Source: an uncultured Gemmatimonadota bacterium (lineage in GTDB: Bacteria > SM23-81 > DAOVCL01). Taken from it: a DNA stretch of 55,484 nt. Location: NCBI GenBank assembly GCA_964626665.1, contig CAZVGK010000023.1, positions 1-55,484 on the forward strand. The letters are read 5' to 3'. Positions 1 to 10,076 of this stretch are shown piece after piece. Under the pieces are notes generated by a model. That model ran no database searches. It saw nothing but the letters and a program-made list of their open reading frames with translations, and was not told the DNA's origin. Within the stretch, counting starts at the first letter, position 1. Each line of letters starts with the position of its first letter. The translations under genes were made by a program, and so were the position numbers.

Positions 1-341
1 GGGTTTTCCTCTTAATTATCAGAGAGTTACGGTGAAATCGCCTCTGGAAGATCCGATGGAAAGGCTGGGAAGCGTTCAAGCGTTTCGTACTATGGAGTAT
101 CATTACTTTCAACATGCGGGTGATCGCCAGATGGATTGTTGCTAAACTTGGGAATGCGTAATTTGAGAAATAGAACCTTTGAACCACCAAGGGAGTAGTA
201 CGCCCAAAACTGAAAAATATTGCGGTTTGGGCATTAATTTTTACATTTCTTGGGGATATAGACAGAAATGGTGAAAAACCGATCCCGTTTTCTGTGACCA
301 TCAGGCATACTTAAATAAAAATACCAACAAAAATGCCCATT

Positions 342-356
342 TTCGGACAGACACTA
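342..356. repeat. Terminal-inverted-repeat-like end (TTCGGACAGACACTA) of a MITE/IS-derived element
   Basis: Reverse complement matches GTGTCTGTCCGAA at 23585 and resembles the right end at 23693-23705; partner end not seen in the window. Confidence 0.4.
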
Positions 357-400
357 AGTAGTGGCCCAAGTAGTAACAGTTGTATAAAAGTTGTAAACCA

Positions 401-1192
401 CTACAACTCCAACCTATCATAGTCGGGAAGCCGTTTGACCAATGGCGTTCCCCAGGAAAAAAAGTTGATGACCCTTTCCTTCACCCTCTCCCCCCAGAGA
501 AACCTCCCTTCTCCTAATTTTTGGCAGAGATCCCAAAGGGTGTCGATCAAATAAACCCCCTCTCGATTAAAGCAACTATTCTCCCCCTTACGGGCCTGGC
601 CAAAGAAGCCCTTGTAGCCCATCTCCCTCGCCACTTCATCGATAAAGGGATTGCCTTTGCCAAATGGGTAGGCTAAGAACTTCACCGCCTTACCCATCCT
701 ATCCTGTAAAACTTCCCTGGAATGACCCAGCTCATACCTAAGTTGAGAAGGAGTTAGTTTGGTAAGATCTGGGTGATTAACCGTATGCGATTGAAAGGAG
801 TGACCATAGCTGGCCATCTCCCTCATCTGTCTCCAGCTGAGGTGCTTAAATCTCCTCCCTAAGAGGTTAACATCCCAGCGGTTTTGCCTTCCCACGAACC
901 CCGTTATTACGAAGACAGTGGAGACAAAGCCATATTTCTCCATTATGGGAAACGCATTTTGGTAGACGGATTCATAGCCATCATCAAAAGTTATGGCCAA
1001 ACTTCTCTTAGGAAATCGGCCATTCGCCAAGCAGTCAAACCATTCCCCTATTGTCAGGCTACGATACCTCCTCTGGTGGAGATAGGTCATCTGTAGGTTG
1101 AACTGCCTAATTGTGGTGGTGGTAATTCCAAATTCAAACTTATCCTCCACCTTGTGATAGACAATTATGGGGGCTGGATGAACCATAACCAA
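401..1192 (-). CDS. Polysaccharide deacetylase (NodB/CE4 family)
   Basis: YH motif, ITFDDG, SHTVNHP and AYPFG motifs; likely ATG start at 1186. Confidence 0.9.
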   Translation of the reverse strand: MVMVHPAPIIVYHKVEDKFEFGITTTTIRQFNLQMTYLHQRRYRSLTIGEWFDCLANGRFPKRSLAITFDDGYESVYQNAFPIMEKYGFVSTVFVITGFVGRQNRWDVNLLGRRFKHLSWRQMREMASYGHSFQSHTVNHPDLTKLTPSQLRYELGHSREVLQDRMGKAVKFLAYPFGKGNPFIDEVAREMGYKGFFGQARKGENSCFNREGVYLIDTLWDLCQKLGEGRFLWGERVKERVINFFSWGTPLVKRLPDYDRLEL

Positions 1193-1197
1193 ACCTC

Positions 1198-1226
1198 ATC
1201 TTAAACCCAAATAAAGGGAATGTCAA
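1198..1226 (-). promoter_or_regulatory. Sigma70-type promoter of the deacetylase gene
   Basis: TTGACA-17 nt-TAAGAT on the minus strand just upstream of the start. Confidence 0.6.
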
Positions 1227-1252
1227 GCTGAAAATGCAGGGGCCAATTAGCC

Positions 1253-1280
1253 AAAAACAAATAAGGCCACTGCGTGGCCT
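1253..1280 (-). terminator. Probable intrinsic terminator after the DUF4159/ACT operon
   Basis: AGGCCAC-gca-GTGGCCT hairpin followed by TATTTGTTTTT on the minus strand. Confidence 0.45.
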
Positions 1281-1335
1281 AAGGCTACAGCGGGAGAAGG
1301 ATGGGAAATCTCCAAGAGGAGATCTCCATATTCCA

Positions 1336-1500
1336 TGCTCCCTGTGTATGTTATCATCCACAGGGAACCGGGATGTGGGAAACATCTCTTGATGTCGATA
1401 ATCGAGGTCTGGAGTCCTCCACCACAACCTTACAGTTTCCGTGGGCCAGCCTCCAGCGATCAAAGAAAACCGTGACAACTGACGGACACCTGACTACTGC
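1336..1500. repeat. Composite palindromic intergenic repeat
   Basis: TGTGGATGATAACAT(C/A)CACA hairpin recurs near 14259, 20079 and 24871; GGATGTGGGA...GAGGTCTGGAG..CCT..CCACAA unit recurs at 32163-32256. Confidence 0.65.
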
Positions 1501-1530
1501 TCCCTGAACTCTGTTAACTGTTACCTTTCC

Positions 1531-3411
1531 CTATGACTCTTTCATCCCACTCGTTTTCACACCTTTCCCTCTCTTCTCCAGCTTTTTCAAGAGCTCCTGC
1601 AGTTTTTCCTTGTGCAGGGGTTTTCCCTCTGCAGTGACCCTGAGGAGTAAGATGGTTGACTTCCCCACATCGATCTTACTCATAGTAACCCCGTAACCCT
1701 GTAGCCGATTGAGGAATTCCCTTAAAGACCTCTGTTTGGAGGGGTAGGCCAATCCGATGAGCGTGGAGGAGGGGAATTTCTTCCCTTCCCCTACGGTTAT
1801 CTCCACATTCCTCCCTTCCATCACAAGTTCGTAACCTGATATCTCATGCCTCTCCAACACCTCTACTCCTAATTTTATCTCCTCGCTTATCTCCTCCACT
1901 GGGGCAGTAGTCCGATAGAAGTCGTCTAAGCTATAGTAGAAGGCCTTGACCAAACCTTCATCCATTCCCGCAAGACTATCCTTCACCTTAATAAACCTTC
2001 CCATCTCCAACCTGCGCATACCCTCATCAAAATCGCGAAAATCCCCTATTATCTTCTTTAGCTTCTTATGGATGATCTCGTAAATACCCTCTCTCTCCTT
2101 AAAGGCGGATACATCTGCGCTGAGGTCAATTATATCAATCTCCTCCTCTCCGAAATACTTCGGTGGACGGGCAGAAAGGACACTTAAGCCCTTGATCGCC
2201 TCCAGGTCCTGGATGCATCTCAACAAAACCTTCTCTTTTCTCGACTTTTCCCTGGAAATGATGATGATAATCTTAAACTCAATCAGCTCCTCTGTGGACC
2301 TGCTCACGCTTATATATACCTGGATCATCCCCGTTGCCCTATACTCCTGCAAAAGGAAGGGAATTATCGCGCGCAGATAGTGTTCAAAACCTCCCAAGGA
2401 CTCCATCCATTTTACCCTCTCCAGCTTCTTGGATGAGGCCATCTTGAGGATGCTCTTTCTTATGGCCTCCAGTTTCCTGCGGGAGAAGGCCTTCCCCTTC
2501 CCATCGGTTATCTCCAACCTGTAGACAGCAATCCCGTCATTGGTAATGAACTGTTTGTTATATTTGTTCTTAAACCCAGGAACAGAACGATCTATGGCCT
2601 CCAAACAGTCATTCAGGGAGAAGTCCCTATCCAATCCAGCAATGGTTATCCCAGTAAGAAAGCCGTCCCTGGTCGGCAAATTCTTTACCCAAACCTGCGT
2701 TCTCCCCCCCAACTTCCTTACCCGTTGAATAAATCTGTAATTGGTTATTATCTGCTCGGCTAAATCCTCACCCCCCCTTTCAGTGATATATGCCTCAGAT
2801 CTGCTGGCAAAAAACTTCACTGCCTCCCCCCCCTCCCCCAAAAGTTCCTCCCTCTCCTTGTTTTTGCATATCTTCCCGATCTCCTCGGCTATCTCCCCGT
2901 AGATTTCCAGCTTCTTGGCCTCCTTGGAGAGCAGATACCTCTTGGCCTGGCTTCCCAAGCTGGCCCTCTCCAAGCTGCGAACAAAGTATCCCTTTCCCTC
3001 CCGAAACTCCCCCATTGCCTGGGAGGTCTCTAACTCCACGGCGATTATAATGGCACCCAACTTCTGGTGATTGTGCTCAATGACAAACCCCTTCATAAAC
3101 TTGATATTCCACCTTTTCTTATGCACGGCAGCCACACAGGAGTCTGACATCCCCGGCCAGTCAGAGGCCAAAAGCCCGATGATCACCTCCTGGGGATAGC
3201 TTTCTCCCTCCTCGGATGAGGAGATGTATACGATGCTCCCCCCTTTTTCATCCCATCTCTTCAGTAAGGCCACACAAAGGGCCACCTCCTTCTGGTGGGG
3301 GATAAACTCATGGGAGGACTCCACCTCCTGAATGTAGCTCCTTATCTCCCTCCCAGCCAAATCGACCCCATACCCCTTTAGCAGGGAACCTATTTCCTTT
3401 ACCCCTTTCAA
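1531..3411 (-). CDS. Uncharacterised 626-aa protein with probable repeated ACT-like domains
   Basis: Long ORF overlapping the DUF4159 stop (ATGA); SDWPGMSDSC...WNI and LDRDFSLNDCL segments resemble ACT ligand loops; no catalytic motif recognised. Confidence 0.6.
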   Translation of the reverse strand: MKGVKEIGSLLKGYGVDLAGREIRSYIQEVESSHEFIPHQKEVALCVALLKRWDEKGGSIVYISSSEEGESYPQEVIIGLLASDWPGMSDSCVAAVHKKRWNIKFMKGFVIEHNHQKLGAIIIAVELETSQAMGEFREGKGYFVRSLERASLGSQAKRYLLSKEAKKLEIYGEIAEEIGKICKNKEREELLGEGGEAVKFFASRSEAYITERGGEDLAEQIITNYRFIQRVRKLGGRTQVWVKNLPTRDGFLTGITIAGLDRDFSLNDCLEAIDRSVPGFKNKYNKQFITNDGIAVYRLEITDGKGKAFSRRKLEAIRKSILKMASSKKLERVKWMESLGGFEHYLRAIIPFLLQEYRATGMIQVYISVSRSTEELIEFKIIIIISREKSRKEKVLLRCIQDLEAIKGLSVLSARPPKYFGEEEIDIIDLSADVSAFKEREGIYEIIHKKLKKIIGDFRDFDEGMRRLEMGRFIKVKDSLAGMDEGLVKAFYYSLDDFYRTTAPVEEISEEIKLGVEVLERHEISGYELVMEGRNVEITVGEGKKFPSSTLIGLAYPSKQRSLREFLNRLQGYGVTMSKIDVGKSTILLLRVTAEGKPLHKEKLQELLKKLEKRGKGVKTSGMKES

Positions 3412-4064
3412 TGGGTCAGCGCGTAAACCATAATGTTTACCCCCATTTTAAAGGCTTCCTCTCGTTTCTCTGGTGGATCACGATGCACTTCAGGATCGGC
3501 CCAACCATCGCTGATATTGGTCTCGTAGGTATAAAAGACAACCAACCTCCCCTCATAGAATATGCCAAATCCTTGGGGAGATTTCCCGTTGTGCTTGTGG
3601 ATCTTGGGAAGCCCATGGGGGAAATTATAATGACAATGGTAGATGGGATGGCTAAAGGGGAGCTCAACCAGGTCTTTGGCTGGAAAGACCTTTTTTATCT
3701 CCTGGCGGAAGTATTTATCCATCCCATAATCATCATCGGCATAGAGAAAACCACCATGGATAAGGTAATCCCTTAGCCTCTTGGCCTCTTGATCCGAGAA
3801 GTCTATCCGGCCATGGCCGGTCATGTAGAGGAGGGGATAGGAGAAGAGTTCCTTGCTGGAAAGGTCAACAACCACCTGGTCTTTGGCCACTTTCACATTG
3901 GTTCGTTTCCCCAATTCCCTTAGCATATTTGGAATTACGGAAGGGTCATTATACCAGTCCCCTCCCCCGCTATATTTGAGCCGTGCTATGGTAAACTCCC
4001 CTGCCCCATAAGAGGTTACGGGGAGAAAAAGGGCAAACAGAATGAAAAGCGATTTCCTAAACAT
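3408..4064 (-). CDS. DUF4159 domain protein (signal peptide)
   Basis: IARLKYSGGGDWY, YPLLYMTGHG, GGFLYADDDYG, GLPKIHKH and DGWADPEVHRDP are typical of DUF4159. Confidence 0.85.
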   Translation of the reverse strand: MFRKSLFILFALFLPVTSYGAGEFTIARLKYSGGGDWYNDPSVIPNMLRELGKRTNVKVAKDQVVVDLSSKELFSYPLLYMTGHGRIDFSDQEAKRLRDYLIHGGFLYADDDYGMDKYFRQEIKKVFPAKDLVELPFSHPIYHCHYNFPHGLPKIHKHNGKSPQGFGIFYEGRLVVFYTYETNISDGWADPEVHRDPPEKREEAFKMGVNIMVYALTH

Positions 4065-4119
4065 CTTTGGCCTACCTCCCTTTATAATAACACAAATTAC
4101 ACCAGAGGTTATCCCGTCA

Positions 4120-4445
4120 TCCCGTAGGGACAGACCTTAAGGTCTGTCCATCTCCTGCAGACTCCGCTAAGGCGGATTGAATGTGGCAGAAGAGAGCTTC
4201 TGCCACCTCAGTGTAACAGCGGGCTAAAGCCCTCGCACCCTCCTTTTTTAGCGGGGGTAGAAGTGTATGGTGCGGGGATAACGAGCCACGAGTAACGATC
4301 TACGATGACTTTTTGGTTGCGGTTTTGCCACGCTATGATATTCTCACATTGGTATCTTTGTCATTGCGAGGCTTGTCCCGAGCGCAAACGAGGGAACTGG
4401 ACGAAACAATCCCTTGGAGATTGCTTCACTTCGTTCGCAATGACA
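4120..4445. repeat. Composite REP-like repeat cluster
   Basis: GTAGGGACAGACCTTAAGGTCTGTCC hairpin, GGGCTAAAGCCC unit, TTTGGTTGCGG end motif and a GTCATTGCGAG...TTCGCAATGAC palindrome. Confidence 0.7.
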
Positions 4446-4634
4446 CTAAATGAGACTTCGCTGCGCCCGCCCCGTGAGATAATTTCTGCCAATCTCGGAG
4501 TCCAGCGAAACATCGTTGACATCTAACGGGGCTCGCCATGGCATGTAATCTATTTTACACTACCGTAATAATTTGCTTAACTCTCAGGTTTTGAATACAT
4601 ATTTTTATTCTATTTGAGTGGAATTCCGGGCTAA

Positions 4635-5812
4635 CTATCTTATGAGGATAAGCTTCAGCCAATATCTCCTCTCTCCCGCCTGCAGGCATCCTAAGTATAT
4701 GCCGCTCCCCAATCTCTCCCCCCTCCAATTGCGCCCGTCCCAGACCAACCTTCCCTTTTCCTTTAACCCTAAATAAAAGGCCTTTATCCTCTCTCCTAAG
4801 AGATTGTAAATCTTTAGGGTAACCATAGCAGGCCGAGGAAGGGAGAAACTGATCGCTGTGGAGGAGTTGAAGGGGTTAGGGTAACTTGCATACAGAACTT
4901 GCTTATCTGAAGAGGTGACCAGAGGGCTTGGGTTTACAAAGAGGGCATCCTCCAAGAGCCAATAACAGGCATTGAGGAAGATCACCCTGTCGGAGGCCTC
5001 CTCCCACCCGTTGTAAAGGTGATTGCCTGGGGTACCGGTTCCGTCATCGGCAGGCGAGCTATCCCCAATGGAGGCTACCCGGCCCCTTCCATATCTACAG
5101 GTGGCCAGCATAACATCCTGGTCGGCCTGGGCAACCCCTTCTATCCATACATGCCCCTCCACGGTAGGATTCTTATCGGGATAGAGCACCATTGTTGTTC
5201 CCCAATGGAAGGCTAAAGAATCGGCCCTTCCCCAGTGGCCATTTATTATCTGATCTGTAGAAGCCGTATCCACATTTCCCGAGGTCTGGGTAATGGAGTT
5301 GTGTAGCTCGCCAGTGATATCAAAATGGATGCCAAAACAGGTATCCACCCCTAAGTCATTCCAAACTCGGGGGGAATCATCGTAGATTCCGTTATTGTTG
5401 CGATCGGAGGAGTTGTGGTCAGCCACCATAAAAAGGGAGCCACCAGCGTGCACCCATTGTAAGATGGCGCTCTTCTCCGAAACCGAGAAGAACAATTGGG
5501 GTTCAGGGACGATAAAGAGGTCATAATTGGAGAGATCCAATGAACGAGAACTCTCCCCATAGGTGATCGGGCTATCTGGGGGAAGGGTTTGCACCGAGAA
5601 GCCCTCCTCCCAAAGGTCAAAACCCCAGGCGGAGATAGCCCCTTGCCAATCCCCCTCTGAAGCTGGGTCAGGTGGCCAGGGATCGGGCTGGTTGTCATCT
5701 ATTATCCAGTCGGCATTCCCCGCTTGCTCATCCTTTGTGTTGTCAAAGAGGATGGAAATCGGGAAAGCCGAGGAGGTGAGAAGAAAAGCAAAAAGCTAAG
5801 GAGATATTTCAA
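4635..5812 (-). pseudogene. Secreted protein (DUF4350/GATase-like domain + YPNPF C-terminal domain) with a 1-nt frameshift in the signal peptide
   Basis: Frame of ORF 4635-5594 stays open upstream to about 5795 (LFDNTKDEQAGNADW); the TTG at 5812 directly after the PAP2 stop is out of frame; one extra T in the T5 run (5790-5794) restores MKYLLSFFAFLLTSSAFP. Confidence 0.65.
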
Positions 5813-6382
5813 TTAACCCCCTTTTTTTGTGTGGAAAAGTTCTTCTGCTTGGCCCTTCATCACCCAGCTAAATCCACCACAGATGCCGCCCAAAAGGGCT
5901 CCGCTGAAAACATCCAATGGGTAGTGCACCCCCACATATACCCGGGAATAGGAAACCAAAAGGGCAACTGCCATTAAGGGGAAAACAGCCCTCTTATATT
6001 CTAAGGAGAAGAGGGTGGCTATGCTAAAGCAATTGGCCGCATGGGAAGAAGGCAGGGAGTAAGACCTCGAGCATCCCACAAGAAGGTGAACCCCGGAAAG
6101 GGTGTGGCAGGGCCTCACTCGACCGAAAAGGGGTTTGAGAAGGTAGCTGCTTAACTGATCGCTAAAGAGAAGGGCCAAGAGCCCAGCCCCGGCCATCCAT
6201 CTTCCCCTCTTCCCCCCCCAGATTATGAGGGCTATCCATACCCCCAGTAAGGGAAGCCTCCAATAATGGAGGTTGGTCAAAATGGGCATCAAAAAGTTAA
6301 AGAGGCCATTCTGTAACCTAACATTTATCAGATAAAAGGCCTGCACATCCCAACCCAAGAGCCAACCGAGAAAAATAGCCAA
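5813..6382 (-). CDS. PAP2-family membrane phosphatase (undecaprenyl-PP phosphatase-like)
   Basis: KxxxxRxRP, PSSH and SRVYVGVHYPLD motifs. Confidence 0.92.
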   Translation of the reverse strand: MAIFLGWLLGWDVQAFYLINVRLQNGLFNFLMPILTNLHYWRLPLLGVWIALIIWGGKRGRWMAGAGLLALLFSDQLSSYLLKPLFGRVRPCHTLSGVHLLVGCSRSYSLPSSHAANCFSIATLFSLEYKRAVFPLMAVALLVSYSRVYVGVHYPLDVFSGALLGGICGGFSWVMKGQAEELFHTKKGG

Positions 6383-6447
6383 TTTCCTTATCTCCTCTCC
6401 AAATTTAAAGTATAGGAAATCAGTTTTGAGAACGCAGACAACTACAG

Positions 6448-6600
6448 GGTGTCAGGGCCGCAACCAAACAAGGCCACAGATTACACGGATTCCACAGACA
6501 GAAAAAAACTACTTAACGCAAGTGTTCCTCTACCCCCGCTAAAGCGGGGGGTGGATAGGGCTTTAGCCCTTTTGGAGTGCTGTGACTCCTGTCACAGCCT
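6448..6600. repeat. Composite intergenic repeat
   Basis: GCCGCAACCAAAC end motif, CACAGATTACACGGATT units and CTACCCC..TAAAG..GGG / GGGCTTTAGCCC / GGAGTGCT..CTCCTGTCACAGC shared with 13595-13803. Confidence 0.7.
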
Positions 6601-6637
6601 GCGGGTATCGACAAAAATCTGCGTCCCAATTAAATCT

Positions 6638-7450
6638 TCAAGAGCTGTTACCGGGGTTCTCCTGAGGTCTCAACCTGTTTATCTCTTCTCTCAATTTCTC
6701 CGCTTCTCTCCCTGCCGCCTGGGAAAAATCCCGGTGAGAAGAGGCGTAGATGATCCCGCGGGATGAATTTATGATGATCTTTTCTCCTTGGGGGTCTGCC
6801 GTAAACCTCATCACCGAATCTAATTTTCCCCCTTGAGCACCAACCCCGGGGACGAGAAAGATCAATTGGGGGGCCACACCCCTTATCTGAGGAAGATATT
6901 CCGTGTGGGTAGCCCCTACCACCAGGCCACAGTTGCCCAATTTGTTCCACTCTGCAGCCCTCTTAGCCACCCGGAGATAAATTGACCCTTCCGCGGTTTG
7001 AAAATCGTCCACCGATGGGTTGGAAGTGAGGCAGAGGAGAAAACTGAAGTTCTCCTTATATTCCAAAAACGGGGATAGGGCATCAAAACCCATATAGGGA
7101 TTGAGGGTTATGGCATCGAAACCCATCAGTTCAAAGTAAGCGCGCGCATAAACCCTTGCCGTATTACCGATGTCCCCGCATTTGGCGTCAAGGATCACCG
7201 GGACATGGGAAGGGATGAGGTCCCTTGTCCTTTTGAGAGTTTCAGGGTCCTCCAGATAGAAGGCAAGATTAAGCTTATAGGCACAGACCAAATCTTTAGT
7301 GGACTCCATTATCTCCCTGTTGAATGTGAGGAGAGGATCCCTCTCCTGGAGAAGAAAAGGGGGGATCCGGCCTGGCTCCGGATCTAAACCAACACAGAGA
7401 AGAGATCTGTTCTTCTCCCGTATTGCAGACAGTTTTTCGAGGAAGCCCAT
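6638..7450 (-). CDS. pyrF: Orotidine-5'-phosphate decarboxylase (subfamily 2)
   Basis: LCVGLDP, DAKCGDIGNT, TSNP, VVGAT, PGVGAQGG and NSSRGI motifs. Confidence 0.95.
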   Translation of the reverse strand: MGFLEKLSAIREKNRSLLCVGLDPEPGRIPPFLLQERDPLLTFNREIMESTKDLVCAYKLNLAFYLEDPETLKRTRDLIPSHVPVILDAKCGDIGNTARVYARAYFELMGFDAITLNPYMGFDALSPFLEYKENFSFLLCLTSNPSVDDFQTAEGSIYLRVAKRAAEWNKLGNCGLVVGATHTEYLPQIRGVAPQLIFLVPGVGAQGGKLDSVMRFTADPQGEKIIINSSRGIIYASSHRDFSQAAGREAEKLREEINRLRPQENPGNSS

Positions 7451-7561
7451 TAAGCCCTTCCCTCTAACGATTCATAAAAATTATCCCATAAAACCTGCGT
7501 CCCCAGCGAAGATCCCTAAGACTTTAAATTACCCCTTTATCTTCTCATCGTCAAGTCAATT

Positions 7562-8242
7562 TTAAGATGTGTTATCCCCGTTCTCTCTTGGGACCTTAAT
7601 TACCTTCAACCTTTTTGCTTCAATTATCATCTTTCGCAACCTCTCCACCTTCCCCCTTTTATCCTTCACTCCCATAACCGCACTGACTACTGCTGCCCCA
7701 TCTGCTCCGGAGAGTATGGAAGCTTGCACATTATTCTCATCGATGCCGCCAATAGCCAAAATAGGGAGAGCAACCGCTTGGCTTATCCTCTGCAGCACCC
7801 CTTTCCCCAAAGCCGGGCCAGCATCCTTGGTAGTGGTCGGGTAGATGGGACCAACTCCCAGGTAATCGGCCCCTTCCTTAGCGGCCCAGCGGGCAGCGGC
7901 CACTCCCTTGACCGAATAGCCAATGATCTTTCCCGGACCCATAATCCCCCGGGTAACGGGTAGCGGAAGATCTTCGGGCCCGATATGCACCCCATCTGCC
8001 TCCAAGGCCAAGGCCTGGTCTACCCGATCATTGACCAGAAAAAGGGCCCCCCTTCTTTGGGTCTCTTTTTTCAGCCTCCGGCCTAAATCATAGAATTCCC
8101 TATCTCCCATTTTCTTATCCCTAAACTGGATCATCTCCGCCTCTCCTAAGAGAGCCTGCCGGACAGCATCCAGCAGGTCCCCACCGGCGATCCCTCGATC
8201 GGTGATGACGCAGATATTCACCCCTTTAAGCCTTTCCCTCAT
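7562..8242 (-). CDS. thiE: Thiamine-phosphate synthase
   Basis: QFRDK, VNDRVD, GVHIG, DYLGVGPIYPTTTK and AIGGI motifs; ATG at 8242 just after the tamA stop (ORF track extends into tamA). Confidence 0.93.
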   Translation of the reverse strand: MRERLKGVNICVITDRGIAGGDLLDAVRQALLGEAEMIQFRDKKMGDREFYDLGRRLKKETQRRGALFLVNDRVDQALALEADGVHIGPEDLPLPVTRGIMGPGKIIGYSVKGVAAARWAAKEGADYLGVGPIYPTTTKDAGPALGKGVLQRISQAVALPILAIGGIDENNVQASILSGADGAAVVSAVMGVKDKRGKVERLRKMIIEAKRLKVIKVPRENGDNTS

Positions 8243-8243
8243 C

Positions 8244-10076
8244 TTAAAAACAGTAAAGGATGCTAAAGTGAAACTTCCCTCCCGGCCCAATCCCCTCAGA
8301 GAAGATCCTCTGCCCATAATCAAGCCTGAGAGGGCCAACCGGGGTAAAAACTTGCACCCCACAACCTATGCTGAGATTGGCCCTATTTAGGGAGATGGAG
8401 GCCCGATCCGGCCAGACCCCTCCCCCATCCATAAAAAGGGATCCTCCCAATCTCCAGAAAAGGGGAAACCTTAATTCAATGTTGGAGCAAAGGAGAACCC
8501 TCCTCTCTTTGGCATAACCTAAACTGTCTTTAGGCCCAATGCTTCTCTCCGCATAACCCCTAATGGAGCTCCCCCCACCAGCAAAGAACCAATCGGTGCT
8601 GGGTATTTCCTTGGTGACCCCAAAGGGATGGGCAAACCCTAACTTCAATCGACTGGCCAAAATGAGGCCCTTGGTCAGCCTCTGGTATCTGCTCCAGGAG
8701 CCAATTGCCCGGTAGAAGTTACGATCCCCCCCTAAGGGACCACCGTAAAAGGAGAGGGAAAGCTGGGCCCAGGAACCTTGGTGGGGGACAAATACATTGT
8801 CCCTGGTGTCATTGGTGGCCGAGAGGCCAATCTTCCGCCTGATGGTAATCCCCTCCTCTCTCTTAATCTCCTCGGCCACGCTGGGGGAGACGCCAAAGAT
8901 GTCCACCCCTTCGTAGGAGTAGTCCGCGCGGAGGATAAAGTTTTTCCTCACCTCATGGCTGAGGTCAATATCCCCCCCAAATTTCTGTACCCTGTAGCCT
9001 AATATCCTCTCCTTTACCCCCGGATCAAAATAGAGCCTCAGGGAAAAGGGGGATCTGGTGTGCAGAAACCAGGGTTCGGTATAGGTGGCCGCAAACCTGT
9101 TCTTCAGGTTAGCCCACCCACCGAAAACCTGAAAGCGGAGGGTAGTGCTCAGGGTTAGCTTCCTCCCGGTTCCCCTAATGTTTCGGTTTCCCCATTCCCC
9201 AGTTAAATCAAGGGTAACATCATACTGTTCATCCTGACCCAATCCGGTGCGCAGGCCGAACCATTTGTTCTCTCTCTCCATAACCGAGACGATGAAATCC
9301 GGATTCCCCGGCTTTTCAAAGGGGTTTTGGGCATAGATGCGCACATAGTTAAACAGGCCCGTGGAATAGACCCTCTGTTGGCTCTCCTCTATCTGGGAAC
9401 GGCGATAGATCTGGCCGGGCTTAATGGTTAGCTCCCTTCTCACCAGGTTCTCCCTCGCTGATCTCAGGCCCCTGATCTTAATCCCCCCATACCTCACCAG
9501 AGTTCCCTCCCTGATTAGGAAGAGAACCTGGGCGGAAGCACTATCCGGGGAGAGTTGGTAACTGGGCTCAACCTGGGCGTAGGGGTATCCGCCATCCGCA
9601 TAGAGGGAGATTATCCTCTCTTTATCCTCATCTAACCCCTTTAGCGAAAGGGGATTACCAACCTGCGTGGCCATAATCCGAGAAATCTTGTTGCCGGAAA
9701 GATGGGTTAAACCGGAGAGTTTAACCTCGCCTATCAAGGTTTGGATTCCCTCCTGGATGGTGATGGTAAGGTCAAGCTTTCCCTCCTTTCCCCAGAATGT
9801 ATCTGCCTTAACCTTAGTGGTTAAGAAGCCATATTGGTGGTAAAGGGCAGTTATCTTTACCAGGTCAACTATCAGGGCCCGCTGATCAAAATGATGCTTA
9901 GACCACCAATGGTCCACTTGGCTGGACATCTGACTTCTTATCTGGTCAGAAGTAAGGTGGAAGTTGCCCTTTACCCAGATCTTCCCTATCGGCTGCGCGG
10001 AAAGGTTAAGAGGGAAAACCAAGAGGGAGGAAAGAAGAACTAACCTCCTGAAGGAGACCATCTTCAATAGTTCCAT
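8244..10076 (-). CDS. Omp85-family outer-membrane protein (TamA/BamA-like; POTRA domains + barrel)
   Basis: POTRA repeats, FFAGGGSSIRGY lid motif, TPVGPLRLDYG, C-terminal F. Confidence 0.9.
   Translation of the reverse strand: MELLKMVSFRRLVLLSSLLVFPLNLSAQPIGKIWVKGNFHLTSDQIRSQMSSQVDHWWSKHHFDQRALIVDLVKITALYHQYGFLTTKVKADTFWGKEGKLDLTITIQEGIQTLIGEVKLSGLTHLSGNKISRIMATQVGNPLSLKGLDEDKERIISLYADGGYPYAQVEPSYQLSPDSASAQVLFLIREGTLVRYGGIKIRGLRSARENLVRRELTIKPGQIYRRSQIEESQQRVYSTGLFNYVRIYAQNPFEKPGNPDFIVSVMERENKWFGLRTGLGQDEQYDVTLDLTGEWGNRNIRGTGRKLTLSTTLRFQVFGGWANLKNRFAATYTEPWFLHTRSPFSLRLYFDPGVKERILGYRVQKFGGDIDLSHEVRKNFILRADYSYEGVDIFGVSPSVAEEIKREEGITIRRKIGLSATNDTRDNVFVPHQGSWAQLSLSFYGGPLGGDRNFYRAIGSWSRYQRLTKGLILASRLKLGFAHPFGVTKEIPSTDWFFAGGGSSIRGYAERSIGPKDSLGYAKERRVLLCSNIELRFPLFWRLGGSLFMDGGGVWPDRASISLNRANLSIGCGVQVFTPVGPLRLDYGQRIFSEGIGPGGKFHFSILYCF

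Noticed and set aside
1280-1510. Structured spacer as 6S RNA or another ncRNA, or the short ORFs 1301-1507 and 1140-1478
   Set aside because: It is composed of repeat modules that recur in several other spacers; no ncRNA consensus or protein motif recognised
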